Positions 1 through 9,935 of a stretch of 64,000 bases of DNA are shown here, piece after piece. The position numbers and the translations under genes are program-made. This stretch comes from Desulfatiglandales bacterium (lineage in GTDB: Bacteria; Desulfobacterota; DSM-4660; Desulfatiglandales; HGW-15), in contig CAXXJJ010000004.1 of the NCBI GenBank assembly GCA_963667015.2, positions 1,184,001 through 1,248,000 on the forward strand, given 5' to 3'. Below the pieces are notes generated by a model. That model was not told the origin of the DNA. It was given only the letters and a program-made list of their open reading frames with translations, and made no database searches. Position 1 is the first letter of the stretch. Each line of letters begins with the position of its first letter.

Positions 1-2
1 AT

Positions 3-2321
3 AAAGAATATAAAATACCGGCGAGCATTCTTGATCTTATAGGTAATACTCCTCTGGTTCCTGTTAACAAATTAAACCCGAATAAAAATGTCAAAATACT
101 GGCAAAACTGGAATTATTTAACCCGGGTGGATCCATCAAGGTCAGGCCTGCGCTTCAAATGATCGAAGACGCCGAAAAAAGCGGTGAACTTACCAAAAAC
201 AAGACAATCCTGGAGGCTACAAGCGGCAATACAGGCATCGGGCTTGCAACAGTGGCCGCCGTAAAAGGCTACCGGATTATGCTCGTTATGTCGGAATCCG
301 TGAGTGACGAAAGAAAGAAAACACTTCGTGCACTGGGGGCTGAGCTGAAATTTACTCCCGCTCATCTGTCAACTGATGGAGCCATCGAGCTTGTCTATGA
401 ATTGATCAGAAATGAACCCGAAAACTTCTGGCTTGCCGACCAGTTTAACAACGAATCAAACTGGAAGTCCCATTATAATACTACTGCCCCGGAAATATGG
501 GAGCAGACAAACGGTGAAGTTGATGCCGTAGTCGCAACCCTTGGAACGACCGGAACAGTAATGGGCCTGTCACGCCGGTTAAAGGAACTGAACAGTAATA
601 TCCAGATAATTGCCATGGAACCCTTTATGGGACATAAGATTCAGGGTTTAAAGAACATGAAGGAATCTTACAATCCCGGGATATATGACAAGAGCAGGAT
701 AGATCGAACAATACAGATTGATGATGAAGAGGCATATCAGACAGCAAGGCTTATGGCTAAAAAAGAGGGAATCTTTTGCGGTATGAGTTCAGGCGCTGCA
801 ATGGCTGCTGCCATAAAAGTGGCAAAAGAAATGGAAAGCGGAACCATTGTAGTTATCATACCCGATGGAGGCAATTTATACTTAAGCACAACCCTGTTCC
901 AGGATATAAAAAAAACAGGACTGCTCTTCTATAATACTTTAACGAGAAAAAAAGAAGAATTCGTTTCTATTGAGAAAAACAGGGTAAAGATATATGCCTG
1001 CGGCCCTACCCTCTCACAGCCCATACATATTGGTCAGTGCAGACGCTTTGTTTTCTCAGACCTGTTAAGGCGCTACCTTGAATCAAAGGGATTTGAAGTT
1101 ACATATATAATGAATGTGACTGATCTTGATGACCGGACAATTCAGGGCGCTGAAAAGGCAGGAAAACCGCTTAAGGAATTCACAGGGCAATATTATGACG
1201 AATTTTTAGAGGATCTGGACAGCCTGAGGGTAAAAAGGGCCGCGGAATATCCGAAGGCCTCCGAACATATTGATGAAATGATTGATCTGGCAGGAAAACT
1301 GCTTGATAAGGGATATGCATATGAAAAATTCAGATCATTATATTTTGATATTGGAAGGTTCAGGGATTACGGAAAACTGAGCCGTATAGACCTTAACAAG
1401 ATCAAATTGGGCAAAACAGTTGACCTTGAACAGTATGAAAAGGACAATCCAAGAGACTTTACACTCTTAAAAAGGTCAACTCTTGATGAGCTTAAAAAGG
1501 GAATATATTACCAGACAAAGTGGGGAAATATCAGGCCGAGCTGGCACCTTGAATGCCCTGCAATGTCCATAAAATACCTTGGTGACAGTTATGACATTCA
1601 TACCAGCGGTATTGATCTTGTTTTCCCTCACCATGAAAATACCATTGCCATAGGAAAGGCTGTAACGGGTAAATCACCGGCAAATTACTGGCTTCATAAT
1701 GAACTTGTAATGATAGACGGTAAAAAGACTTCTCAGCTGAACGGCCAGGAATATTATATAAAGAGCATTATGGAAAAGGGCTACAGTGGCAGAGAAATAC
1801 GCTACTGGCTCTTATGCAGTCACTACAGGAAACCTGTAAGTTTTTCATTGAAAAAGCTGGATACTGCAAAAAAGACACTCAGTAATCTGGATAAATTTGT
1901 GGCCAGGCTATACAGCTGTCCTGAAAATGAGTCAAATGCCGAGATAGATCAGTTGATATACGACCTTAAAAGTACCTTTACTGATTCAATGGATGATGAT
2001 CTTAACGTAGCCCCAGCCCTTGCAGCGGTGTTCAGGTTCATCAGCCGGATCAATAAAATTATGGACAGCAGTGGGATATCCAGCAGTGATAAAGAAAAGA
2101 TCATTTCCTGCCTTACAGATATCAATTCGGTTATTGCAGTATTTGATCTTGAAGATAAGGTACAGGATAAGGAAACAGCTGAACTTATAAAGAAAAGAGA
2201 AGAGGCACGAAAGGCAAAGGACTGGGAAGCCTCTGATCGTATTCGTGATGAACTCAGAGAGAAGAAAGGAATTGAGATAACGGATACTGCTGACGGAACA
2301 ATCTGGAGAAGGATAGATTAG
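3..2321 (+). CDS. cysS: Cysteine synthase (CysK/CysM, PLP) fused to cysteinyl-tRNA synthetase-like domain; 5' end lies outside the window
   Basis: Frame open from nt 3 (...LIGNTPLV...KLELFNPGGSIKVR), then EATSGNTG, DQFNN, GTTGT, SSGA motifs of cysteine synthases; from ~nt 920 LFYNTLTRKKEEF, CGPT, HIGQ, RPSWHLEC, DLVFPHHEN, DDDLN, SDRIRDEL motifs of CysRS. Confidence 0.9.
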   Translation, partial: KEYKIPASILDLIGNTPLVPVNKLNPNKNVKILAKLELFNPGGSIKVRPALQMIEDAEKSGELTKNKTILEATSGNTGIGLATVAAVKGYRIMLVMSESVSDERKKTLRALGAELKFTPAHLSTDGAIELVYELIRNEPENFWLADQFNNESNWKSHYNTTAPEIWEQTNGEVDAVVATLGTTGTVMGLSRRLKELNSNIQIIAMEPFMGHKIQGLKNMKESYNPGIYDKSRIDRTIQIDDEEAYQTARLMAKKEGIFCGMSSGAAMAAAIKVAKEMESGTIVVIIPDGGNLYLSTTLFQDIKKTGLLFYNTLTRKKEEFVSIEKNRVKIYACGPTLSQPIHIGQCRRFVFSDLLRRYLESKGFEVTYIMNVTDLDDRTIQGAEKAGKPLKEFTGQYYDEFLEDLDSLRVKRAAEYPKASEHIDEMIDLAGKLLDKGYAYEKFRSLYFDIGRFRDYGKLSRIDLNKIKLGKTVDLEQYEKDNPRDFTLLKRSTLDELKKGIYYQTKWGNIRPSWHLECPAMSIKYLGDSYDIHTSGIDLVFPHHENTIAIGKAVTGKSPANYWLHNELVMIDGKKTSQLNGQEYYIKSIMEKGYSGREIRYWLLCSHYRKPVSFSLKKLDTAKKTLSNLDKFVARLYSCPENESNAEIDQLIYDLKSTFTDSMDDDLNVAPALAAVFRFISRINKIMDSSGISSSDKEKIISCLTDINSVIAVFDLEDKVQDKETAELIKKREEARKAKDWEASDRIRDELREKKGIEITDTADGTIWRRID

Positions 2322-2343
2322 CGTTCAGCGTTCAGCTATCAGC
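2320..2343. repeat. Short heptamer tandem repeat (GCGTTCA GCGTTCA GCTATCA GC)
   Basis: Read directly just after the stop codon; related heptamers at 10772-10801 and 63791-63874. Confidence 0.55.
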
Positions 2344-2345
2344 AT

Positions 2346-2380
2346 AAAAAAAACCCGTCTTAAAGACGGTTTTTTTATTT
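2346..2380. terminator. Bidirectional intrinsic terminator between convergent genes
   Basis: A-tract, CCGTCT-TAA-AGACGG hairpin, T-tract. Confidence 0.8.
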
Positions 2381-2387
2381 AACCGAT

Positions 2388-4166
2388 CTATTCTGTAAAT
2401 CCGGGAGCAAGCCCCTCATCCGTTTCTTCATCAAACCCGGAGCCCTCTTCTTCAAAGCCTGATGACTCCCCTTCAAACCCTGTGACATCACTCTCGAAAC
2501 CCGGAGCGTTGCCCTCAAAACCAGGCGCGCTGCTTTCAAAGCCCGGAGCATCGCTTCCAAATCCCTGTGATGACTCACCCGGATAGCCAGCCCCGCCGGC
2601 CGGTTCTTTTTTTCCTTTATGAGCAAGAGAAATATTCAAACCCTCTGATTTTCCCTGCTCCATGAATGAACCCTCGTTCAGCCTCAATGCCCCCATAGGA
2701 GTAACAAAAATAGCGGACTGGTTCTGTACAGGACAGTGATGTTCGCAAAATCCGCACCCTGAACATCGCTCCTCCATTACCTCCGGAACAGGTACCGGGT
2801 TTCCGGGTTCATCCCTGAACTTTATCGCGCTGTAGGGACAGACCTCATCACATACCATACATCGTTTCTGATGCTCCCAGGCAAGGCATCTTTCACGCAT
2901 GACCCTGGCCGTACCTGCCTTCGCCCATCTCCTGTCGGATATTTCAAGAGGCCTGATAGCGCCTGTAGGACATACAGTTCCGCAGTTATTGCAGTCAGGA
3001 CTGCATGCGCCCCTCTTCGGAACAAGACTCGGGCTGAACAGGCCTTCGTTTCCCGCCTCAAACCATATGGGCTGCAGGGCATTATTCGGACATGAAGCCA
3101 TACATTCACCGCACCTGACACACAAGGCCAGAAAGTTATCTTCAGGCCTTGACCCGGGTGGTCTGACGAGCCCCTTTGGCGAGACACGCCCTACTCCCGG
3201 TTTTCCATATAAAGAATAAAGACCGGATAGATTTACAGAGGCAAAGATTGCACCCGACACGCCAGAATACAGCAGCGTACGCCTTTCCGGGATAAAATCG
3301 TGAACATTTCTTCTTTCAGTCCCTTTAACACCAAAGCTTACAGCACTCTCAGGACATACGTTTTTGCATGTCAGACATCCTATGCATTCTGCAAATGATG
3401 TATTTCCCGGGGAATCCTTTTCAATGGCCCCCATTGGGCATGACCTTACGCATTTCCCGCATTTTGTACATGCATCGGATACAATCCTTTTTACAAGAGA
3501 TCTGCGTGAAAAAATCGCAAGGATGGCGCCGGAAGGACACAGATAGCGGCACCAGAATCTGGAGTTTATCTTACCGGCTGCAAATATCCCGATAAAAAAT
3601 AACAGAACAAAAAACAGGGCCGAATATCTCGGGGCGGATATGTCCGCATACATTAATCCATACATCTCAAGATGTTCTGCAATGGGCTGCAACAGGGCCA
3701 GTCCTATCTGACTTAAAAGAGAGAGCACCGGATAGATAAGCAATGCATAAAACCTTGTAATGAGGGATAAGGGAGAACCAATAAATACCGCCGAAACGCC
3801 AAGTATCCCGGCCCCGATAATAAAAAAGAGTATGAAATATTTAAGCCTGTACAGGTTTTCTCTGCCCTTTCCTCTTTTCTTTTTAAGATTGAGGAGCCGA
3901 TCGCTGCAGTCGATTGTAATTCCCATCGGGCAGATATAACCGCAGAATATCCTGCCAAACAGGATCGTTATAAGGATTACAAACAGGGCAGGAATAAAGG
4001 TTAAGATAAAGATCCTTCCGCTTAAGGCTGAACCTAGTACAAGTATCGGGTCCATTCTCAGATATAGATCAGGTGCAACAAGATCAATTCCTGAAAAGAC
4101 CGCGCTTGTCAACAGGAACAGAAAGGCCAGCAGGCTGAGAAACTGTATTACAGGACGAAATCTCAT
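2388..4166 (-). CDS. Membrane polyferredoxin (NapH/MauN-like TM domain plus NapG/MauM-like 4Fe-4S domains) with acidic GF-heptapeptide tail
   Basis: GRIFCGYICPMG and RFWCRYLCPSG motifs, TM helices, RPPGS, several CxxCxxCxxxCP motifs. Confidence 0.85.
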   Translation of the reverse strand: MRFRPVIQFLSLLAFLFLLTSAVFSGIDLVAPDLYLRMDPILVLGSALSGRIFILTFIPALFVILITILFGRIFCGYICPMGITIDCSDRLLNLKKKRGKGRENLYRLKYFILFFIIGAGILGVSAVFIGSPLSLITRFYALLIYPVLSLLSQIGLALLQPIAEHLEMYGLMYADISAPRYSALFFVLLFFIGIFAAGKINSRFWCRYLCPSGAILAIFSRRSLVKRIVSDACTKCGKCVRSCPMGAIEKDSPGNTSFAECIGCLTCKNVCPESAVSFGVKGTERRNVHDFIPERRTLLYSGVSGAIFASVNLSGLYSLYGKPGVGRVSPKGLVRPPGSRPEDNFLALCVRCGECMASCPNNALQPIWFEAGNEGLFSPSLVPKRGACSPDCNNCGTVCPTGAIRPLEISDRRWAKAGTARVMRERCLAWEHQKRCMVCDEVCPYSAIKFRDEPGNPVPVPEVMEERCSGCGFCEHHCPVQNQSAIFVTPMGALRLNEGSFMEQGKSEGLNISLAHKGKKEPAGGAGYPGESSQGFGSDAPGFESSAPGFEGNAPGFESDVTGFEGESSGFEEEGSGFDEETDEGLAPGFTE

Positions 4167-4193
4167 ATTTATCCTTTAAATAAAGGTTAGCCA

Positions 4194-4224
4194 ATCAGTG
4201 CCCATCGTTTTAACGGGCACTGAT
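4194..4224. promoter_or_regulatory. Intercistronic 10-bp stem-loop (possible mRNA stability or attenuation element)
   Basis: ATCAGTGCCC...GGGCACTGAT between DUF362 and polyferredoxin genes. Confidence 0.45.
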
Positions 4225-4249
4225 CAGAAATGAATAAGATCGGCAGAGA

Positions 4250-5215
4250 TCAGACTTGAATTTCCTTAATGGAAAGTTTCTCTAAATCCATCCTTCCCAG
4301 GCCCCTTTCGTGGGCTTCACGAATATACTGCACCTGGGCAGGTCTATATTTTTTCCCATACCATTTAAATCTTGAAACAGCAAAGGCATCAGCAGCAACC
4401 ATATCAGCAGAAGCGATCACTGTATCTTCCTTAAGTACCTTTCCTGGCCCCCTTGGGCCATTTGTTGAAAGTACCCTCGTTCCGTCGATAACCGCCAGGT
4501 CGGCTTTAAGCACTGAACACATATCTACTATTGATGAAGACAGCTCTTTTGTATGCATTCCTGCCCTGTCCCATACAAGCCCCATCATCCCTTTCATTGA
4601 AAGACTCACACCCGTAGCCGTATGTGATTTTGCAACCGGAACAGATATAAGCGTATCCGCCTTTAACGCCTCCTGAAATACACCATTCCGGCTCATCTTT
4701 TTGGCGCCCGAAAACTCGGTATCCTTATAAAACCTTTCATTTGAGGCGCCGATAACCTTTGTATTTTCAAGCCCCTCACAGATATCGAGGATTCCGGAAC
4801 GTTTGAGGCAAACATCTGCCTTGAAAAGCGGATAATCTGCTATTATTACGTTTGCAGCACCGGCCTCATTACACATCAATACTATCTCTTTTACGACATC
4901 CGGATGCGTGGTTGTGGCCATAGCCGGAGGATTAGGAAAGCTCATATTGGGCTTTACAAGAACTTTACTGCCCTTTTTTACAAACTTCTTCATACCGCCC
5001 AGAAGTTCAACAGCGGCCCTTGTTGCCTTTGCAGCATCACCTTTCACGACTGCTATATCGGGGACAGGCTCTGCAATACTCTTTTCAGATATTAAAATAC
5101 CCGAAGAACCTGCTGCCAGGAATAGCAGTCCTTTCATCTGAAATTTAAGAAATTTTCTTCGACTGAAATTCTCATCTATCAGTTTGTTCATTTTATTATA
5201 ATAATCTACGGACAT
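4250..5215 (-). CDS. DUF362 family protein with twin-arginine (Tat) signal
   Basis: SRRKFLK Tat motif; KVLVKPN, TTHP, PVAKSH, SLSMKGMMG, DMVAAD motifs of DUF362. Confidence 0.85.
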   Translation of the reverse strand: MSVDYYNKMNKLIDENFSRRKFLKFQMKGLLFLAAGSSGILISEKSIAEPVPDIAVVKGDAAKATRAAVELLGGMKKFVKKGSKVLVKPNMSFPNPPAMATTTHPDVVKEIVLMCNEAGAANVIIADYPLFKADVCLKRSGILDICEGLENTKVIGASNERFYKDTEFSGAKKMSRNGVFQEALKADTLISVPVAKSHTATGVSLSMKGMMGLVWDRAGMHTKELSSSIVDMCSVLKADLAVIDGTRVLSTNGPRGPGKVLKEDTVIASADMVAADAFAVSRFKWYGKKYRPAQVQYIREAHERGLGRMDLEKLSIKEIQV

Positions 5216-5305
5216 TGCTACCTCCTGTGATTATAAATCAACATGCTTCACAGTTTAACAACCAATATTTTTTTTTCAACCAATTTTTAGATTATATTGA
5301 TCAGA

Positions 5306-6475
5306 TTATATTGAATTAAAGACCGTTTCCAACCTGCTCAGTGCCTGACTGAGAATATCTCTCGGGCAGGCAAGGTTTATTCTCTGAAACCCTTCACCTC
5401 CTGTCCCGAATTGCGGCCCGTTATCAAGCCATATCTTCGCTTTTTTGAAGAGGAGTTCATCAATTTCCTTATCCGATATACCGAATTCATTAAAATCCAG
5501 CCATGCCAGATATGTCCCTTCCAGATTTGTTACGTTTATTTTGGGTAAATTTTCTTCAATATAATTTTTAAGATAATTAAAATTTTCCTGAATATATAAA
5601 AGCAGACTATTAAGCCAGCCTTCGCAGTAACGATATGCAGCTTCTGTGGCAGTAAGTCCGAATATATTCGGCAAGGCAATAGAGAAACGGTTTACAGTCT
5701 TCTGGAAGGCATCCCTTAATGCAGGCTCCCTGATAATAACATTTGAACATGACAGGCCGGCAAGATTAAAGGTTTTACTGGCAGCAGTAAGTGTTACGAT
5801 ACCGTTGCCTGCCAGGGGAGATATTTCTGCCATCACATTATGTTTGTATCCCGGCATTATCAGGTCGGAATGAATCTCATCCGAAATTATTAATGTATCA
5901 TATTTATCACATAAATCGACAAGCTGCTGAAGTTCTTCACGCCTCCATACACGTCCAACCGGATTATGCGGGCTGCAGAGAACCAGCATTTGAACACCTT
6001 TTTTAAGAACTTGTTCCAGGTTGGCAAAATCCATTCTGTAACAATTGTCCTGATGAATAAGCCTGTTTTCAACGACAACCCTGTTATTGGATTCAATAAT
6101 CTTTTTAAACGGGTGGTATACCGGTGGCTGAATAACAATCTTATCACCCGGATTTGTATATGTGTTAACTGCAATGCTCAGGGCAGGCACTACTCCCGGA
6201 GTAGTTATTATCCACTCTTTTTCAATCTCCCAGTTATGTCTTTTTTTCATCCAGTCCAGGACTGCCTGCTTGTATGAATCAGAGGGGAATGTATATCCGA
6301 ATATGCCGTGCTCTGCCCTCCTCACGAGTGCATCAATAACCTCGACAGGCGACTTAAAATCCATATCAGCAACCCACATGGGTATAATGTCATTGCCGCC
6401 CTTTGTTTCCCTTAAATCCCATTTAACGGAACTGCTATTTTCACGAGTGTTTGTTTTGCCAAAGTTATATTCCAT
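5306..6475 (-). CDS. patB: PatB/MalY family PLP-dependent C-S lyase (cystathionine beta-lyase/cysteine desulfhydrase)
   Basis: SVKWD, PMWVADMDF, HGIFGY, LCSPHNPVGRVW, SDEIHSD, SKTFNLAGL, RINLACP; start placed at MEYNF. Confidence 0.9.
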   Translation of the reverse strand: MEYNFGKTNTRENSSSVKWDLRETKGGNDIIPMWVADMDFKSPVEVIDALVRRAEHGIFGYTFPSDSYKQAVLDWMKKRHNWEIEKEWIITTPGVVPALSIAVNTYTNPGDKIVIQPPVYHPFKKIIESNNRVVVENRLIHQDNCYRMDFANLEQVLKKGVQMLVLCSPHNPVGRVWRREELQQLVDLCDKYDTLIISDEIHSDLIMPGYKHNVMAEISPLAGNGIVTLTAASKTFNLAGLSCSNVIIREPALRDAFQKTVNRFSIALPNIFGLTATEAAYRYCEGWLNSLLLYIQENFNYLKNYIEENLPKINVTNLEGTYLAWLDFNEFGISDKEIDELLFKKAKIWLDNGPQFGTGGEGFQRINLACPRDILSQALSRLETVFNSI

Positions 6476-6532
6476 AGTAATAACCCTACCCCAAATCCCA
6501 TTCCCATTCTCATAATAGGTTATCATGAAACT

Positions 6533-8074
6533 TTATTTATAATTTCTGGGACTGATGGCGTATTTTTTTACCTTATATCCGAATATTCTCTCTGTAGTTT
6601 TAAGGGCCTGAGCTGCCTTTCTCATGTTTCCACGACTGCTTTTAAGGGAATCAATTATCAGATCTCGTTCAAAACGCGCAATCGAATCTTCAAGGGATAA
6701 GGCCTGCTGGGTACCGGTGTCTTCAGCTGTCTGGAGTGTCATAGGCAGGTGATAGCTGTGAATGACCTGGCCGTCACAAAGGAGCACAGCCCTTTCAATA
6801 CAGTTTTCAAGTTCCCTGACATTTCCGGGCCAGTGATAATGGGTTATGGCATCTATTGCAGGGGTCGATATCCGTCTTATTTCTTTGCCATATTCTTCGG
6901 CATATTTTTCAAGGAAGAAATCGGCAAGAAGAAGAATATCAGCTTCCCTCTCTCTCAGGGGTGGAAGATAAATAGGATAAACATTCAGGCGATAAAACAG
7001 ATCCTCCCTGAAGGTGCCGTTTTCAACTGCTTCGGTCAGGTCGATATTAGTAGCGGCAATAATCCGGACATTTACTTTAATTACCTTTGTCCCGCCCAGC
7101 CTTTCCATTTCCCTTTCCTGTATCACACGAAGCAGTTTCCCCTGACTTTCAAGAAGTAGGGAGCCTATCTCATCCAGAAAAATCGTACCATTATTGGCAA
7201 GTTCAAATTTCCCTGCCTTCTGTTGGCTTGCGCCTGTAAAGGCCCCCTTCATATAGCCAAAAAGCTCAGCTTCAACAAGGTTGCCTGGCAATGCGGCGCA
7301 GTTGACCTTGATAAAGGGATTTGAAGTTCTCAGGCTGTTATAATGGATCGCGTTTGCAACAAGCTCCTTTCCGGTTCCGCTTTCTCCTAACAGAAGGACA
7401 TTGGCATTGCTTTTGGCTACCTGGCTTATCAGGTGAAACACTTCCTGCATCTTGTGGCTGTTGCCAATAATGTTGCTGAAACTGTATTTTTTACCCAGTT
7501 CTTTTTTTAATCTTATATTTTCTGTATTGAGAAGTTCTCTTTCTTTGTTGATCTTCTCCAGCATTGCTACTTTCTGTGCTATCAGGCTGCTTATTACTGA
7601 TAATAATCTGACATCCTCATCCGGGGATTCACTTTCCTCAAAGAGCCGGTCAACACTCAATGCCCCTATCACACGGGAACCATCTTTTATCGGCACACAG
7701 AAAAAGGCAATTTTTGATTTATCCGTCTTGCTTCTTGAACCGGTCCTGTCCAGGAAAAGAGGCTCCTCGTTAAGCCTGGGGATTGCCATAGGCCTGCCTG
7801 TTTCAATTACTCTTCCTGTTACACCTTCTCCGAGTTTATACCGTCCCTTTGTCTTTGCACTTGTAGATATCCCGTGGGCAACTTCAATATGTATTTCACT
7901 GGTATGCTGGTTCAGAAGGGAAATAGAGCCACGGTTCATTCCAAGATATTCTTCAAGAAGGTCAAGAACCTTGTACAATGCCTTTCTGAGGTCCAGTGTG
8001 CCATGCATGGCTTTAGTTACTTCATAAAGGCATTTTATTTCGTCTGGCTTCGGATTGTATTTTTTTTCTGCCAT
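6533..8074 (-). CDS. Sigma54-dependent transcriptional activator, GAF-AAA+-HTH (NifA-like architecture)
   Basis: N-terminal GAF (GEGVTGRV), GESGTGKE Walker A, GAFTGA, FLDEIG, WPGNVREL, C-terminal HTH. Confidence 0.92.
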   Translation of the reverse strand: MAEKKYNPKPDEIKCLYEVTKAMHGTLDLRKALYKVLDLLEEYLGMNRGSISLLNQHTSEIHIEVAHGISTSAKTKGRYKLGEGVTGRVIETGRPMAIPRLNEEPLFLDRTGSRSKTDKSKIAFFCVPIKDGSRVIGALSVDRLFEESESPDEDVRLLSVISSLIAQKVAMLEKINKERELLNTENIRLKKELGKKYSFSNIIGNSHKMQEVFHLISQVAKSNANVLLLGESGTGKELVANAIHYNSLRTSNPFIKVNCAALPGNLVEAELFGYMKGAFTGASQQKAGKFELANNGTIFLDEIGSLLLESQGKLLRVIQEREMERLGGTKVIKVNVRIIAATNIDLTEAVENGTFREDLFYRLNVYPIYLPPLREREADILLLADFFLEKYAEEYGKEIRRISTPAIDAITHYHWPGNVRELENCIERAVLLCDGQVIHSYHLPMTLQTAEDTGTQQALSLEDSIARFERDLIIDSLKSSRGNMRKAAQALKTTERIFGYKVKKYAISPRNYK

Positions 8075-8206
8075 AGAGTAATCTCGATTCAATTTTGTAG
8101 TTTAATAGTTGATAAAAAAAGCATTAATGTTCTACCAGGGAATACTTCTTACAAAAATGTAGACTAACATGCAATTATTATTTTATGTTTTTTTGGTTTT
8201 TTAATA

Positions 8207-8223
8207 TATTCTTATTAAAATAT
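8207..8223. repeat. 17-bp direct repeat, left copy (TATTCTTATTAAAATAT)
   Basis: Identical to 9709-9725. Confidence 0.8.
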
Positions 8224-9708
8224 CGCAGTTGAATTTTATAACCCAAAGAGGGAGGACAGTTTGAAAAATTGATGAGATAGTTGAAAGGCGGCCCCTAAAT
8301 TAGTATATTTGAATCGGCTAAGATATTAAATTTACTAACAAAAAGGAGCCACCTCATGAAACTTAATAATACATTTTCCCTCTCATTGCAAAAACAGATT
8401 TCAAATAAAAATGTTGTTATCGATTCGGAGATAAACAGCGCATTCAAGGAACTCAAATTCAGGTCACTTCTTAATCGAAGCGGGATAAGAAAAATAAGAG
8501 GATATAAAACTATTACACTGCTTTTCCTTATTGTCCTGCTTCCATTTTTGAAAAGAACCCTTACTGATATCTGGAATTCAGAGTAAACTTTTAATAATGC
8601 TACCAACGCACAAAAGGATGTTTTTTACAGATTTCTGAACCATGAAAGATTTAATTGGCGTAAGTTTGTATATCTCCTCGCTTTAAAAATAATAGAATGC
8701 AGCAATGATGTCCCTTTGACGCAAAAGGTTTTGATTGCTGATGACATTGATGCCCAAAACAGGAAAAGATATAGAGCTTGCAAGTTATCACTTTGATCAT
8801 AAGACGAATCGTTCTATTTTAGGAATCCAATGTCTGCAGCTTGGATATCATAATGGCATCAACTTTTTCCCTCTGGATGCTTCTCTAAATACATCTAGCA
8901 AACGTCCCAATAACAAACTCAGGGACATAGATAAAAGAACCATCGGATGGCGCAGACGTAAGGAAGCTCTAAGTAAGAAGACAGAAACTTTAATCAGCAT
9001 GATTGACAGAGCCTGGAAATCCGGTATTGATGCAAGCTTTGTACTATTTGACAGTTGGTTCGCTCACGATGTATGTTATCAGCCAGATATACTCAATAGG
9101 TTACGGTGTTATATGCAGGCTAAAAAGGAACCGGGTGAAGTATGAATACCACGGGCAAAAGTATACATTGAAGCAACTATGGCAGAAGGTACTGTTTTGC
9201 TTCCCGGCTACAATGTGAAGGCAGCCTGCCTTAATGTTAAGCTTCCAAAGACGGGGAATGTTCGTCTTCTGTTCCTGTCTGACGGTAAAAAAGACTGGCA
9301 TGCTCTTTTATCAACGGACTTACAGAGATAGCAGTATCTGATATGCTGAGTTAGTATTAATGGGCCATTGAAGTCTTCTTTAAGGATGCAAAGCAAATGC
9401 TTTATTGGGAAAAGAACAAAGTTCAATACTTTTGATGCGGTTATCACCAGCTACAGCATGGTTATGATCCGTTACCTACTTGGTATACATCCTTAAAAGA
9501 ATGGTGATGGGACCCATAGGTCCTTTGTTCAGAGAGCTGTCGGATGAAAACCTCCTGCTATCAATGGTTGAAAAACTCTGGGCCTATATCAAAGAACTCA
9601 TAATCAGATCAAGTCATGTAATTTGCTATAAAATAGAGCCCGATATTGTTTTGCATTTACTTGATATGATTGAAGGTTAAACCTATTAATTTATCAACTG
9701 CGAAACTT
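8224..9708 (+). mobile_element. Degenerate IS4-like insertion sequence
   Basis: Partial terminal inverted repeats CGCAGTTGA (8224-8232) and TCAACTGCG (9694-9702); flanked by an exact 17-bp direct repeat; transposase fragments inside. Confidence 0.75.
8356..9680 (+). pseudogene. DDE transposase (IS4/IS701-like), interrupted by an in-frame stop at 8584-8586 and several frameshifts
   Basis: Fragments KDVFYRFLN..FNWRK, VLIADD/TLMPKTGK..IE, FDH, VLFDSWF, ICRLK across frames. Confidence 0.85.
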
Positions 9709-9725
9709 TATTCTTATTAAAATAT
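9709..9725. repeat. 17-bp direct repeat, right copy
   Basis: Identical to 8207-8223. Confidence 0.8.
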
Positions 9726-9935
9726 GTTTGAATTTACCCACAGGGCAGGACAGACAAAAATGTGAGATATAGGGCAGTATATTCTTTTTTATCGGGGATA
9801 AATTTTTAATAGCAATTAAAAATATTTACTATTATACTAGATGCTCTAACTATTAAGGCTGTATTTCATTAAAAATCGATTTTAAATCCAACAATCACTT
9901 TCAATAATTCATTCAGACTTTTTAAGGAGGGCAGT

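Noticed and set aside
6533..8074. nifA (nitrogen fixation)
   Set aside because: GAF-AAA-HTH architecture is shared by many activators; no nif genes nearby
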